DNA from: Bugula neritina | Lineage: Eukaryota; Animalia; Bryozoa | Length of the DNA: 64,000 nt | Reading direction: 5' to 3' | Assembly: GCA_964035545.1 (NCBI GenBank) | Contig: OZ037771.1 | Span: forward strand, 14,569,133-14,633,132 | Shown: piece by piece, positions 42,498-62,150 of the stretch | Numbering within the stretch: position 1 is the stretch's first letter | How the letters are laid out: each line of letters begins with the position of its first letter | The notes under the pieces: model-generated | The model's input: the letters and a program-made list of their open reading frames with translations, nothing else | Told to the model about the DNA's origin: nothing | Database searches by the model: none | Position numbers and translations under genes: made by a program

Positions 42498-45400
42498 ATG
42501 AAAAGCTGGCAGTATCTTGTTACTGTGAGTGTTTTATACAGTGTATATATGAAAATGTTTCTTTTAGTGCTTGTTAAGGAAAAGCATGTCTAAACATGAC
42601 GGTTTTTATTTTAGTGGTTGTGTGCAGCTGTGAGTAGATCATCTACACAGAACTGTGATACAAAGAATATCTCAAGGTGAGATCAAAGCTGCCTATAATA
42701 TTATATGACTATTATATTATGTGTCAGGTGGGTTTTGCTTTGCTTAAGTTATACACTTGTGTATTGGAAAAATATGCAGGTGTCCTTTTACAGCAGTACT
42801 GACATGTACCATAATTTTATCTGTTATTATTTTTGTGCTCAATGCCATGTATTTGAAAACCACCTTTTCCACAAAAGAACATATTGTTTTAATATTCTAA
42901 GCTACTTAAAATTTTGTATTGTGCATGGTATAAAGTATTACCCATACTAATTGTATTATACATAGCGTAGCATGCTACACATGTATATCGTATATCACAA
43001 ATATTGTAGCGTGCTATACATGTATATCATACTATACATAATGCAGCATACTACATACATATTTTTACAGCGTATAGTACCAAATTAAAAGTAATGAATG
43101 CTGAGTTTAGTAGTAGACCTTTTGATTTTAACCGTTGTAATTACTTCAATCTCAATATTAATAAAATTACAATGGTCATTTTTAATTATTGCAATCTGCT
43201 TTTTAACTAATTTATATAGCTATGTTATCATTAATTTAAAATTTATTCTACAAACCAACAGTAAATACATACTTTTTATATACCGCAAAACTATGAAGTG
43301 TAAAAATTTTACTGATTGACATGGAAATGATTCATGTTTCATGTTAAACAGAGATCACAAGTAATTTCAAGCAAGCTGTCAAGTCTAAAACATATTCTTG
43401 CAATCATCTTTCAGTCCTGCAATCAGAAATAATAGTTATACGTTTGTTTCAGTTTATACTATGACAGCCTAGAGCTGTTTGTTGAAACCTCAGCCAGGGT
43501 CTATCACATGGAAGTTGATCAATTTAAGAATGACGGCAGCATTTTAATTGGAACTAACAAAAACCTCCAAACAACAAATGGAAAGACAACTACAGATCTT
43601 ACCTACTTCAGAGCAGTTGGCTTCACACAGGTGAACAAAACCAATGTTGTGGTGGTCGACCGAAATCATAACTGTCTTAAGATGCTAAACAGAGAATACA
43701 GCTTTCTTGAAGTGTTTGCAGGGCAATGCGGCTTTGCAGGTGGATATATAAATGGAGACGCATCTGTGGGGAGATTACGTCACCCCTGGGCAGTTATTCT
43801 AGATGCAAGAGATCCCAGCCAACTTTTGGTAACCGATTCCAATAACAATGCTTTACGTTCTGTAAACCTGAAAACAAGAGTTTTAAGTACAATAACCGAG
43901 TATGGTTTCTCCACCCCTGTGGGTCTGACATGGGGGGATAACCAACTAATGGTAGTCAGCAACCACCACTACGTGTCTCGAGTCAGCTGGTCTGTGAATA
44001 ATACTGCTAGCAGCACTTTGGTCGCTGGTTCATTAACACACGGCGACACGCTAGGTGAAGGTAGTAAAGCTAAGTTCACTTTCCCCTTCGAGATTGAGAA
44101 AGTCAGGGACGACAAGTACCTCGTCACTGATGCTTTTAACAAGCAACTCAAGCTACTAGACATGAACGAAAAGAAGATTGGTCCCGTCTGCTTCAAAGGA
44201 GAGGAGTGCTGCACTGTGGGTAGCAAATTCCCTAGTCATGTGTTTTCTGTGCTGAAAGTAAAAGAAAAAGTGTACGTTGGACTCGATAAAGACATCTATA
44301 GAATTATGGGTAAGTTAAAATTAAATATTTTTGCCGTAAAAAAATTTGAAGATACTTTAGCATATCAACATGCATAATCGGCCAAGGCTAATAGAGTTTT
44401 ACTGAAACAGTTCAAAATTGTAAATGATATATTCTCAGGTGATTCGTGTTAACACGTTACGTTAGACAGACTTGAAAAAATTCATGCAATGCTTGTATGT
44501 TAAAATGTTAAAATTTGTTGCACGGTGCATGAATCTTAGCAGCATTTTACAAACTTACCTTATTTTTCTCCTTTGCACAGAACCACCAGTGATGAAACGA
44601 CTGTCTTTCAGCTCAGAGTACGACATCAATTGTGCTTTACTGGCGGATGATCGCTCCAAAACTATGCTGAGTCGCGTGATGAAACTTAAACTGCAGAAAG
44701 TCAAAATGCTCTTAAATCCCTGTAAGTGTCTTAAGGTGTAGTGTCTATCTCGCTATGTAATCTATTGATCATGTTATGGCTAGCTGTGTGCAGTTTGTTA
44801 TGGCCTCGTGTGTAGATAAGCCATATATCACGGCATATACCATTGTGAGCTCAACCCCCCCCTCGCCTCTACCCCGCAGGACTATGGTGATGATAAGTGA
44901 TCAAAGGTGACCACAGTATACCATTGCCAATGGTTTGTTGCTTGTAAATTTATATCAGTTAGGAAACAAACTTCAAAGTTTCAATTGTTAGACTTGTATT
45001 ACTGCGCGGATATTGAAAACTTGTATCTATACACATCTTCATGCACGTCATGTTTGGGTTTCAGACTTTGCTTTGTCCTCTTCCCTCCGACCATTCTATA
45101 ATTGTACGGACAAAGTTCTTAGGTTATTCTGGCCGACCAATGACGTCTACCCTGCAAACACCATGCAGCCTTCAGCACTGATGAATGATCAGATAAAGAA
45201 AAAACTTCTGCAGACAAAAGTTATAAAAGCCATGGGGGTTACTTTGTCATTTAAAAGCATCAAGTAAATTTTATATTTAGATTTTCTTGGCTAAATATAA
45301 CTTTGATACAGCTGCATGGATCACAATTGAGTTTGTCCTCAAAAGATGACTTTTTATATAAGAGTTCTCACAATATTGCTTCAAAGCCTCAAAATTAGTT

Positions 45401-46584
45401 ACCGCCTAATATCATGTCTTTTACTGGTATTAAGCAAAACACAATATTTTTTTACTGTACTGCAATTATTTAGTTAGTCTTTCTACTATAGAAATTGTTA
45501 GTGTGTGCTTAGTTTTAGGTAACTTTTGCTTGTCAGCGTAACTATGGCAAAACAAGCACATTTTATTCAAAACATAATTAATTCGTATAATTAAGGTGTA
45601 TGCCTGTTTCTGCAAGTGCATTGAGTACACAACTCTAAGACAGTATTGCAATCTATTTTAGTGACCTCAGTAGTTATAAGATAAAATATTATATGGCAAA
45701 ACTGTGCCATATGTGTACATTATATGTGGCAGTTATTGTACTGGTTACTATGAAATTTAACTACATTTTAGCAATGTTTTCATATTGCATATACTGATGA
45801 CATGTATGACTGTTTTGTAGGGCTGCCAGTTCTATGGTCTCTTCAACTAGGTGAGTTACACTTTGCCTGCCATCACAGTCAAGTTTTCAACTTTTGTAGT
45901 TTAAAAAATCCACCACGTTGATTGTTTTCAATAGAAGTAGCTTAGAAATACAATATAATGTGCGAAAATGGGAAAACATTTATATTATATGTTAAATTTT
46001 GATACATATTACAAAAAAAATCAAATTAATTAATGAGTCGTTGTTAGCTTCTGGCCTCAAGTTTAAAAACATTTATTTTTAAGTGAGAGAGCTTATTCTC
46101 AGAGTCCTATTTATACTTTGAAAAATGAGAGTGTCTAAACCTGTTGTTGCATGACGGAATACCTTCTGAAGTTTCCAAATAGAGTAAACTGGTTTAGTAA
46201 AACGGGTATATCTTTAATTAGTATATAAAATACAATAGGCAACAATATTCTGGTGTGGGGTATTTTACCTAAATTTAAAACGGCTGCATTAATGTAGAAA
46301 ATATAATATGCTATTATAAAACTTTTGTCCCACTCGAACCCAAGACCTCCAGTTTACAAAAAGTCGAGCTAACCTTTACACTATACAGGGGCTGCTAAGT
46401 AAACTCACCACTACAGCTATAATAACTGATGTTGTGCATGTTAATTCTAAAGAGTTATTTGTTACCATGCAGGCTCATTTCTGCCAGAAAGAATACAAAC
46501 GGCGAAGTACTGCTGCCGGTTTTCATATCGCCTTGCGCTGACGAGAGGAAGAGATACGACGCCGTGAGAAAGATTTGCTACTAG
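42498..46584 (+). CDS. NHL family member N5, about 475 aa, lacking the HYR-like exon; exons 42498-42524, 42615-42676, 43453-44309, 44581-44721, 45065-45263, (45821-45850), 46473-46584
   Basis: Leader MKSWQYLVT-WLCAAVSRS. The propeller exon is followed after only 271 nt by the exon-5 homologue (EPPVMKRLSFSSEYDINC). Ends ISPCADERKRYDAVRKICY*. Confidence 0.82.
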
Positions 46585-47504
46585 GTGTCAAGGACATATT
46601 GAGGTCAAGGGTATCAGCGATTGAAGTCATGTCACTATTGACGTTGTGTAGAAGTATAGAAAACGTAAGTTTTAGGTGGAAGAAAGAAGTTATTACTGTA
46701 ATTTTATACAATTTTGCTTGTCTCCCCATGCAATATTGCACTTATAAGCAATTATTTTTAAAATACTATAAAATGGTTGTGTGTCGCACCATTTTGCTAG
46801 CACTTATCGCTTAGATGCACAAATAAGTTCCTTTCTGTTTTACTATATTATATATATTCTTATTATATATCAAGTGTAGCCCACCTTGATGATTATTACA
46901 CATTTGAGCTGCTATTTATATTTATGCATGATATCGGGAACAAATTAAAATGGTTAAGGAGGAATGAAGTGGATAATTGTCAGCCTTAGGGTTGAGCAGA
47001 TACAAGTTATTGCTATTGAAAAGATAAATCAGAAGTAATGCTGCTTGTGCTGTTGCTGCTGCTATATGATGGAGAAAAGCTAAAAAGTCTGAAAAAATGA
47101 AGAATGTTTTGCAATTTGCTTTGTTTCCATCTCAGCTCAAACTTTGACAAAAAATAAATATTTCAACATGCAAACCCAGCCAAGACTACAATAATGTTTT
47201 ATTTTATGAAAGTTAAAATGACTAGCATTAGCTTATAGGATGAATGAGCGAGTGAGAAAGCTGGTATAGCAATAAGTATTTTATATAATACTGCAATATA
47301 CAGCTAATATAGCAATGACTCTTTACTAATCCAGCAAAAACAGCACACTACTATAATATTTAATACATGATTGCTCTTTCGGATTAGAATTTTAGACAAA
47401 AATCTGTGATGGTGAGTTGCTGTGAAAAACCTCATTAAAATGCTAAATAAGAACAAAACGATATATATACCATAAAGTGAACATAAAACATAATACTTCT
47501 CATG

Positions 47505-47532
47505 AACACATGCACACATACACACACACACA

Positions 47533-47598
<66 letters not shown>

Positions 47599-47737
47599 CG
47601 CACACACGCACACACGCACACACGCACACACGCACACACGCACACACGCACACACGCACACACGCACACATACACACACACACACACACACACCCACACT
47701 CACACACACCCACACACACACCCCACACCCACACCCA

Positions 47738-47778
<41 letters not shown>

Positions 47779-47837
47779 ACACCCACACACACCCACACAC
47801 ACACACACACACACACCCACACACACACACACACACA

Positions 47838-47882
<45 letters not shown>

Positions 47883-47884
47883 CA

Positions 47885-47921
<37 letters not shown>

Positions 47922-47972
47922 ACACCCACACACACCCACACACACACCCCACACCCACACCCACACCCACAC

Positions 47973-48006
<34 letters not shown>

Positions 48007-48170
48007 ACACCCACACACACCCACACACACACCCCACACCCACACCCACACCCACACACACCCACACACACACACCCCACACCCACACACACACACACAC
48101 ACACACACCCACACCCACACACACCCACACACACACCCCACACCCACACCCACACCCACACACACACACA

Positions 48171-48269
<99 letters not shown>

Positions 48270-48424
48270 ACACACACACACACACACACACACCCCACAC
48301 CCACACACACACACACACACACACACCCACACCCACACACACCCACACACACACCCCACACCCACACCCACACCCACACACACACACACACACCCACACC
48401 CACACCCACACACACCCACACCCA

Positions 48425-48465
<41 letters not shown>

Positions 48466-48482
48466 ACACCCACACACACCCA

Positions 48483-48533
<51 letters not shown>

Positions 48534-48760
48534 ACACCCACACACACACACACACACACACACCCACACCCACACCCACACACACCAACACACCAACACA
48601 CCAACACACCAACACACCAACACACCAACACACCAACACACCAACACACCAACACACCAACACACCAACACACCAACACACCAACACACCAACACACCAA
48701 CACACCAACACACCAACACACCAACACACCAACACACCAACACACCAACACACCACACAT
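47505..48760. repeat. 1.25-kb compound CA-rich microsatellite: (CA)n, (CACACCC)-type and (CACCAACA)n blocks
   Basis: Directly visible; generates the HT/CV ORFs. Confidence 0.98.
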
Positions 48761-49073
48761 ACAATACTATTATTCATGATTAATTATGGTTAATAAATTT
48801 ATTCACTACAGTAATGGATGGGAGAATAGTATGCAAGTCATTGTAACATACAATTTCTGAGAGTATAAAAAATTTTAAAAGGGAAATATTTTTAGATGTG
48901 TTTTTGTATTAATAATCATGTATAATAAATTGAGTAATTCTATTTATTCTAAATCGAAGGCATATAACTCTGTAGCTTTTACTCATCTGATTGTCTTGCC
49001 ATGTAGACTAATTTACGTATCTTATGGCTACAGCTAGAAAGCAGGTACTGACACTTCAAGTTGTTATAAACAG

Positions 49074-49185
49074 GTTGGTTGCTGCTAAGAAGAACTCCAA
49101 AGAAAAAACCATGCAGATATTTCTCATCACATCCTGTGCTGATGAGACTCAGTCATATGATGCTGTCAAGGACACGTGTGCTTAG
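49074..49185 (+). other. Orphan intact terminal exon (exon-7 type) of the NHL family
   Basis: aaacag|g then LVAAKKNSKEKTMQIFLITSCADETQSYDAVKDTCA*. Same 112-nt length and phase as N1 exon 7; no upstream family exons between 46584 and 49074. Confidence 0.8.
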
Positions 49186-50644
49186 GTTACTGACCAATCA
49201 GCAGCAAGGACACGTGTACCTAAAATGCCAAATGTGAGATGATGGTCGAACCAGATGCAAACCATTTTAGATTACTTTGGAATATTTGAAATTTCTTTCA
49301 AGGTTATTTGTAATTTATGTAGTGAAATAATACATGATTTAAAAACCAAATTTGTTTTTACGAGTTTTTCACATTTGCTAGCTGTAACAGTCGCTACTTC
49401 TCAACATCTTGGTGAAGTAGTTTGAAGGAACTTTGCTGTGTGTAATGACAACTATAATTACATAATGATCTTTGGATTTGAACTCTGCGACCTATATAAT
49501 CCCTTGCCAGGCCAGCTTTCTAGCCACTAGAACACAGCTGCTCCAACGGTCAATATTATGCCGTTTGTTCAATTTGATGCTTTCATTGTGTTTTGGAGAT
49601 TCATAAAAACTTGCTTAAAACATGTCAACTATTTTCTATAGATAGATGTTTCATGGTCACCAATTCATTCTAACATATTTAATTTTCTTTTCTAATCAAA
49701 GCTTTGGGTAATAAAATTACTTGAATAAACGGCAAAATATGCTAATCTAAATAAATACCAAACCAAACCAAAAATGATATATAATGTATTGCCAAAAATG
49801 AGTGGACTGATTGCATAGTTGAGGTATTCATTCATCGGGGTTTTTTTTGCATAATTATATTGAACCACTTGAGTTATAACAGTTACATAAAGATACTTAC
49901 AATTAACCATGAGAGTGAACAGATGTAGAGTAATCAAAATAACACAGTCAACTATAATAACATAATTATATATATAGCAGCTTTCTAGGGTCTCTAGTAG
50001 CTGTGACTCAATGACCTTGAGATGACAAATGAGATAATAACAGCACCTGGGCTTCTACAGCTGCTGAATTCAAAAGCGTTATTGATTTCATTTACGTCAA
50101 AGCGAGCTTTATTTCTGGATACATTAGCAAGAGTTCTTATTTTCTCATAGGATTTGTCCTCACTTTTACACCTAACTTTATACACTAATTATTACGTCTA
50201 AAACGGAACTAACTTGCTTTTTTATATAAATTGTATAAACCATGACCAAATATCTACATAATATATTATAAATATACATCACAAATTTACTGTATAATAT
50301 AATAATATATGTTAATGTGCTACATTATATTACTAGATATTATGCTACCAATTCGCTCTCCATTTAATAAAAACAAGCTGTAAGCTATGTTACAAAGATG
50401 TAAATTTTTGACTACCACAAACGTTCCAATGCAGATAACATTCTAAAGTCAGCTTTTTAAAGCATAGAAGTCACTTACATTTCAAAACTCGATAAAACTT
50501 CTGTTATTTCCAACGCAATTTCTTTTCTATGGGAACTAACATATGCTGTAAGCACGCCAACATGTATTGCCACCATAACTAAATGATTAGATACTCTTTA
50601 TTTGAAAAATAAACTATTTTCATCACTGTCATTTATCAGAGGTG

Positions 50645-53392
<2,748 letters not shown>

Positions 53393-53802
53393 ATTGTCGA
53401 CCAATAACAAATAACCAAAATTATACTTTTGGTTATTTGTAAATTTTCGAAAAATGTCAATTATCGTGAATAAATAAATCATATTATTGTGTCTGGCACA
53501 GGTACTTAAAATACAAACAAATACATCAATATTTTGAAATTTATTCTAGTAAATTCATCAAATTTTTGAAGCTAAATGTATACAGATAAATTTATGAAAA
53601 GCACTACGTACTGAAGAGATTTGACTGCAAATTCTAATTTTTTTTTATCATGCAGCAGCAATAATACACTTAACCACACAAAAACCTGAAGGTCATGGTA
53701 AAAAATTTGTATATATGCAGCTGTAAATTATCATGTAGTAATCATCTTATCGTAGTGTAGCACTTGAAAACTTTGTGTCCTTGCTGCTGATTGGCCAGCA
53801 AT

Positions 53803-54873
53803 CTAAGTACACGTGTCCTTGACAGCATCATATGTTTGAGTCTCATCAGCACAGGTTGAATAAAGTATCACTTCCACGACTTCTCCCTTTGAGTTCTTCT
53901 TAGCAGTAACTATCCTGCTAATAATATAACCATAACCATAAACCATAAACCATAAACTATAACTCTCCGAAATCAAAAATAGCTGAATAATCAGAAAAAA
54001 ATCATGGGAAATCAAGCAAAAATAAGAAGCATCTTGATTATTTAGGTGTGTTCATTCATATTTTACTAGTTTTGGGCAAAAACCCATGTTCATCAGCAGC
54101 TAAATTGTAAAAATAGTTAAAAAATGGAGATTTCCAGTGTGTACTAAATTTAGTAAAATGACCTAATTGCAAGCAGATGTGCTAACCATTACACCACAGA
54201 GACTACTGATCAATACAGTGATCTATAGACTTTCACAATGACAACTAATTTGCATAAAACTTCGGTGAATAAAGAATTCTGAATTGAATGGTAGATGTTT
54301 ATACTTGCTTTCATAAGTTAAACAGAGAGTTAGGAAAATTAAACCAAACCTAATAAAGTGTTTTCAGTTATGAGCTCAAAATTTTTTTTCTGGTGTTTTC
54401 TAGCTTCAAAAATGTAAGCTGTAAAGTATTTATTTAGCTGAAGCTAAGCAAATCTATACAGCACAATTTTGTCCACTGTCAAATATACTATGAAAAGGAA
54501 TGCAACAGTTTTTTCTTATAGAGAGAAATATTTTAATTAATACACACAAAAATATTTAATGTAAAACTTAGTCACACTACTTAGTTCACGGAACACAATA
54601 GACAATTAAACCTCTTAAGTATATACTATGCGCATGCAACTATGCACCAAGATGTATGTTGTAGAACATAATGTAGTCTACACTTACCTTGACTCATTAT
54701 CCCTATTAGCTTCTGCCTGTCCACAGACTGCCAGCAGCATCTAAAACATGATATATTATTATTATATTTGCAAGAAATTATACAATGCTGTCAAGTTTTT
54801 AAAATATGTGAAAAGTTTGAAAATTTTGAGTAAAGGTATCATAAATACTCACAGCTATAAACTACCAATACAT
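53803..54873 (-). pseudogene. Inverted, internally deleted copy of N6: exon 1 54873-54853 (nonsense), exon 2 54740-54688, exon 7 53914-53803
   Basis: Reverse strand reads MYW*FIA|gtgagt (N6: MYWWFIS), MLLAVCGQAEANRDNES (N6: ILLVVCGQTTADRNNET, same 53 nt) and IVTAKKNSKGEVVEVILYSTCADETQTYDAVKDTCT*. Upstream similarity extends to about 55000 (aactaacatatgctg). Confidence 0.85.
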
Positions 54874-55450
54874 ATACCTTCTGTTTAGCGACTGAAGGGA
54901 AACTGTATGTTTTACAAATAAAATACTTCAACTATTTGATTATTGACATGCTGCAGTCTAGCAAACTGATTGCAGCATATGTTAGTTTCCATCGAAGAAA
55001 GTATTCCTTGTAAATATTGGAGTTGTCTTCGTATTAGTATTTGTATAGGTAATCATTATAAATTAATGAAGCACCTTCCCGGAGAGCATTCAATATAGGG
55101 TTAAACTAAGTTGGACAATTTGCATTTAAGAATAAACGTAAGCACTAACAATAATAGACTATCAACCAATATGATGTTCAGTGTAACACGTATTATTCAT
55201 AAGACCCCTGCTGTGAAAATTCCAAGGTAAAGAAATCAGTAACTTAAATACAATTATTATCCTTAGGCAGATAATTTGAAGTTCCAATAATACTAATTTG
55301 AGAATACAACAGTCTAAAAGTATTTTCAGAGTGAAAATGAATTTTGATTCTAACAGGGAGTAAAAAGCTTCAAGTGAAATAGAACTTGCATGCTTTTCTA
55401 TGCAGGCATTATATACAATCATTATCTGAACAGTGTTCTACAAAACAAGA

Positions 55451-57641
<2,191 letters not shown>

Positions 57642-57656
<15 letters not shown>

Positions 57657-57830
57657 CAACTATATATATGTAACCAGACAGTGTTTTCCTTAACAACTAT
57701 ATGTAACCAGACAGTGTTTCCCTTAACAACTATGTAACCAGACAGTGTTTCCCTTAACAAGTGTGTAACCAGACATTGTTTTCTTTAACAATTATGTATC
57801 CAGACATGGTGTTTTCCTTAACAACTATGT
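57642..57830 (+). repeat. About 31-33 bp tandem repeat (cagtgtttcccttaacaactatgtaaccaga) starting in the last codons of N7; homologous array at 61081-61280 after N8
   Basis: Five to six copies at each locus. Confidence 0.9.
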
Positions 57831-58269
57831 ATATATAATATATATAGCCAGGTATGGCGTTTACCTTGAACTTAACGTTTACATCTTATTCATGCCAGCG
57901 CATTGTAGTACTATAACATTTTGCTGCATTTTATATTGGACAACCACCTGGTACCCTGATGAAATCGATTATATATAACCAAATATATATATGCATATAA
58001 TATTAAGCTAAAATTGTTGCTTTAATATTATTTGGTAATTTTTATTTGTAAACTTTTTATTATATTGATATCTTTTAGCTGATACAAAAGCTACTTTATC
58101 ATCAAAGTGTAAACTGGTCTGTGTGAAGCTGAACAATAAAATAATATAAAGTATGAAATTTAACAGTTGTCCACTAATTGATGCCATACAACTAATCTAT
58201 TTTTCTCAATTCCACTTTTGCAGTTTGTTTCTGTTAATGCTTTTCACATACATAATATATTGTGCCTCA

Positions 58270-58487
58270 GTGTGTGTGTGTGTGCGTGCGTGCATGTGTG
58301 TATGCGTGTGCCTGTGTGTGTTTGTGTGTGTGTGTGTGTGTGTGCATGTGTGTGCCTGTGTATATGTGTGTGTGTGTGTGCGTGTGTGTGTGTGTGTGTG
58401 TGCGTGTGTGCGTGTGTGCGTGTGTATGTGTGTGCATGTGTGTGGGTGCGTGTGTGTGCGTGTGTGTATGTGTGCATGTGTGTGTGT
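58270..58487. repeat. Degenerate (TG)n microsatellite at the N7/N8 duplication junction
   Basis: Lies between the end of unit 1 (about 58211) and the start of unit 2 (about 58579). Confidence 0.95.
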
Positions 58488-58821
58488 AAAGAATAAAAAT
58501 GGGCATTAATAATACTAAGCTAACAAAGTTTTTGTTCAGTGTAAGACTAAATTTCATAGATACCTGCTACGATAATATCAAGGTGATGAAATCAGTAACT
58601 TAGCTACAATTATTATCCTTGGACAGATAATTCTATGTTTCAATAAAACTAAGTTCAGAGATAATAATAATTTGAGAATTCAATAGTCTAGAAATGTTTT
58701 CAGAGTGCAAATGAGTTTTGATTCTAACAGCTAGTGAGCAGCATCAAGTGAAACAGAACTTGCATGCTTTCTATGCAGGCATTACAATCATTATCTGAAC
58801 AGTGTTCTACAAACCAACTTA

Positions 58822-60567
58822 ATGGGGTGGCTGTTGTTTGTTTCTGTAAGTTTAATTCTAGTATTATTGTAGCAACTTCTTGATTTTTAATTTCTACTTG
58901 CAATAGTTGTGCCTATAGTTTCATGTTTGAATATATTTTTTTTAGGTTTCTGCAGTCATAGCAGTTTGTGTGAGACCAGAAGATTCAAGGTTTGTAAATT
59001 TAAATTACTGCAGTAGCCAAAAGTTTACAGGTTTATTTAATATTTACTATAAACTGTTAATCTGGTCAATATTGCATTTGTTAGTATTCCATAGGAAAAT
59101 GATAACCTTTTATTATTGCATTATGATTTATTTGTCTGTTTGTAGCATTACTTTCACTACAGCAGAAACGTTTCTTGAAATTGATGCTTGGGTTTACGAT
59201 ATGCAACCGGACTTGTATAAAGGCCGAGGAAACTTTCTGATTGGTACCTCTCTAAGCTTTCAAACAACTGATGGGAAAAAAACAACCACTCTTTATAACG
59301 ACAAGGTGATAGGGTTCACACAAGTCAACAAGACCCACGTAGTTCTAGTAGATTACACCCACCACTGTCTTAAAATATTGAACAGAGAAACTCTGCACGT
59401 GAAGATTCTAGCTGGGACTGAAGATTCAAAAGGTTTTCAGGATGGTGGGATTGGTGTGGGCATGTTTTATTTGCCATGGCAAGTCAAAGTTGACATCAGA
59501 AACTGGGGCAAGTTATTGGTGACTGATCAGTTCAACAACGCTATAAGGTCTGTAGATATGAACACAGGGGTAGTGGAGACAGTTATTCAGTCTGGTTTTA
59601 CGCATCCCCAAGGGTTGGAGTGGGTAGCTGACAATAAGTTGTTAATAACAAATCATTATCATTATATTTCTGAAGTGGAATGGCTTGACAACGGAACTGT
59701 TAGTAGTAACGTACTTACCGGTGCCAATGAGTACGGTCAAGTCAACGGGGCGTTCAGTGAAGCTAGATTCAAAATGCTTTACGATATAGAAAAGTATAAA
59801 AGCGACAAATACCTCGTTGCTGATTTTGAAATTAGAAGATTGAAGCTGATTGATTTAAAGAAACAGACAGTTTCTCCCGTCTGTTTTGAAAATGAAAATC
59901 CTTGCATCGCCAGCACCTATCTGCCACATCATCCACTTTCAATTCTGAACTTTGAAGAAGAAATATTTGTAGGCATGCACCGTGACATCTACAAGCTTAC
60001 TGGTGAGTTTATAACTTAAGACATCACTGGTATGCTATCAACTTGTACGGCGTAGAATTGAATATAACTTTTTACTACAAACTCTTGTTTTCAGAAACAA
60101 AGCTAATGATTAGGCTGAAATTTCAAGTTGAATATCAGTTTCCATGTCGTTTCTTCAAAGAGGCTTCTTTCTTAGAACGACTGGAAAACTTATTGAGTAA
60201 AAAAAAAACGTATGTCAACCAGGCTTGCTCAAACCGTAAGTTCTATATATCTATATTATACATAAAATACTAAACTTATAATAACAGGAAAGGATCTAAA
60301 CACACATTAAATGTTTACTATATAAACTACATTGCACTGTGTATACATTTGTTTCTAGATTGTTCTGCATCAGCTCTTCCACCAACCTACACCTGTGATA
60401 GTGACGTGATAACTGCTGGTTGGCTGACAGACAACTTGTATTCTACCAACATGAAGAAAACGCCTGCAGTTATCGCACAGGAAGTAGTACCGAGATTAAA
60501 CCGCTTCTCACCAATGGAATACATAGTGTTTCATCTTCCTTTTACTAACATGTGAGTTGTACTTACA

Positions 60568-60607
<40 letters not shown>

Positions 60608-60747
60608 CACGCACTCACACACAGACACACACACACACAAGCATGCACATACACACTCACACATGCACGCACAGATGCTCATGCACACACACACGCACGC
60701 ACGCAAGCAAGCACGCAAGCAAGCACGCAAGCAAGCACGCACGCACG

Positions 60748-60789
<42 letters not shown>

Positions 60790-61086
60790 AAATTCATGGT
60801 ATTGCTACTAATAGGGCTTAAGTTAGAATGTAATTTATTATTAACTATTGGTCTTTTTTATAATTATGAAATTATCTAACTTCTAAAAAAATGATATCCA
60901 TTGTTGCATTATGTCTTGCTAATATATGTTGATGAATTCCTTAAAATAAATTGTATTATATGTTGTTACAGAATTGCTCATAGTCAAAAAAATGACAAAG
61001 GGACTACTGTTAAAGAAGTGTTTTTTGTAACCTGTGCTGAGAAGAACTTGTCTTACGACCACATAAAGAGACGGTGCATACCTTAA
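58822..61086 (+). CDS. NHL family member N8, about 457 aa, recent duplicate of N7; exons 58822-58845, 58946-58989, 59146-60002, 60095-60235, 60359-60551, 60972-61086
   Basis: Leader [16 protein letters not shown]; near-identical to N7 including introns; ends [19 protein letters not shown]. Confidence 0.85.
60565..60790. repeat. Compound (CA)n/(GCAA-GCAC)n/(TA)n microsatellite in the last intron of N8
   Basis: Directly visible. Confidence 0.95.
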
Positions 61087-62150
61087 CAACTATGTAACCA
61101 GGCAGTGTTCATCTTAACAACTATATGTAACCAGACAGTGTTCACCTTAACAACTATATGTAACCAGACAGTGTTCACCTTAACAACTATATGTAACCAG
61201 ACAGTGTTCACCTTAACAACTATATGTAACCAGACAGTGTTCACCTTAACAACTATGTAACCAGACAGTGTTCATCTTAACACCTCCACCATATTCATAA
61301 ACATCTTACTCATAACAGCATATTAAGTTGTACTATAACACTAATTTGCTGCATTTTATATTTCACAACCACCTGATACTCTGATCGAATTGATTATATA
61401 ACAAAAAATATGTGTGCATTTTATATTAGGCTAAAAATGTTTTTATAATATTTTGCAATTCTTATTTGCATACTTCTCATTATATGTTGAATTTTTTTGA
61501 GTTGTGCAAAAGTTGTTTTATTATCAAAGTAAGATATATTTGTACATCTGAACAATAAAACAGTTAAAAATTGTAAATTTAAAAAATTATCCACCCTTAC
61601 ATTGATGCCATACAATTAAATCATTTTTTCAATTTTTTTTATTATTGCGTTTAAGCACTCATCATAAGTTCTTGATCCTATGGGTACATATATATTAGGC
61701 TACTCTCAAGCTAGGGTGACAATGCAAAAAATCATCCAGCTGTAGACATAAGTTAAAACAAGAACTTGGAAATATGTTTGTGCCATATGTGTGAATATTT
61801 CAATTCGATTGATATAAAACATTGCAAGATTTAAATTTACACTATTTTGAAATGTTTAATAGATTTTATATTAGGTGACATACAGAAATCGTCTTAGAAA
61901 CTAGAAACAATTCTACCATATTATTGTAAATAAATTATAGGTGCGTTAGTACAGTAGATAAACACCTGCTGAGTGGTAATAGCATATGATAATTATATGT
62001 TTAGTATGTCATCGTAATAAACTGTTTCTGAAAACGCTGTGATGTATTTGGCAAGCTGGTAATGGTATGTTATTATAACAAGTGTTACCAGCTGAGGATA
62101 AAATACTCGGTTTATATTCTATGGTATCTCAAAGACATCAAGTACGAATT

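Noticed and set aside
47304-48793. 400+ aa His/Thr and Cys/Val ORFs (also at 28.2, 41.9, 52.5, 57.2, 58.2 and 60.6 kb)
   Set aside because: Stop-free dinucleotide microsatellite translations.
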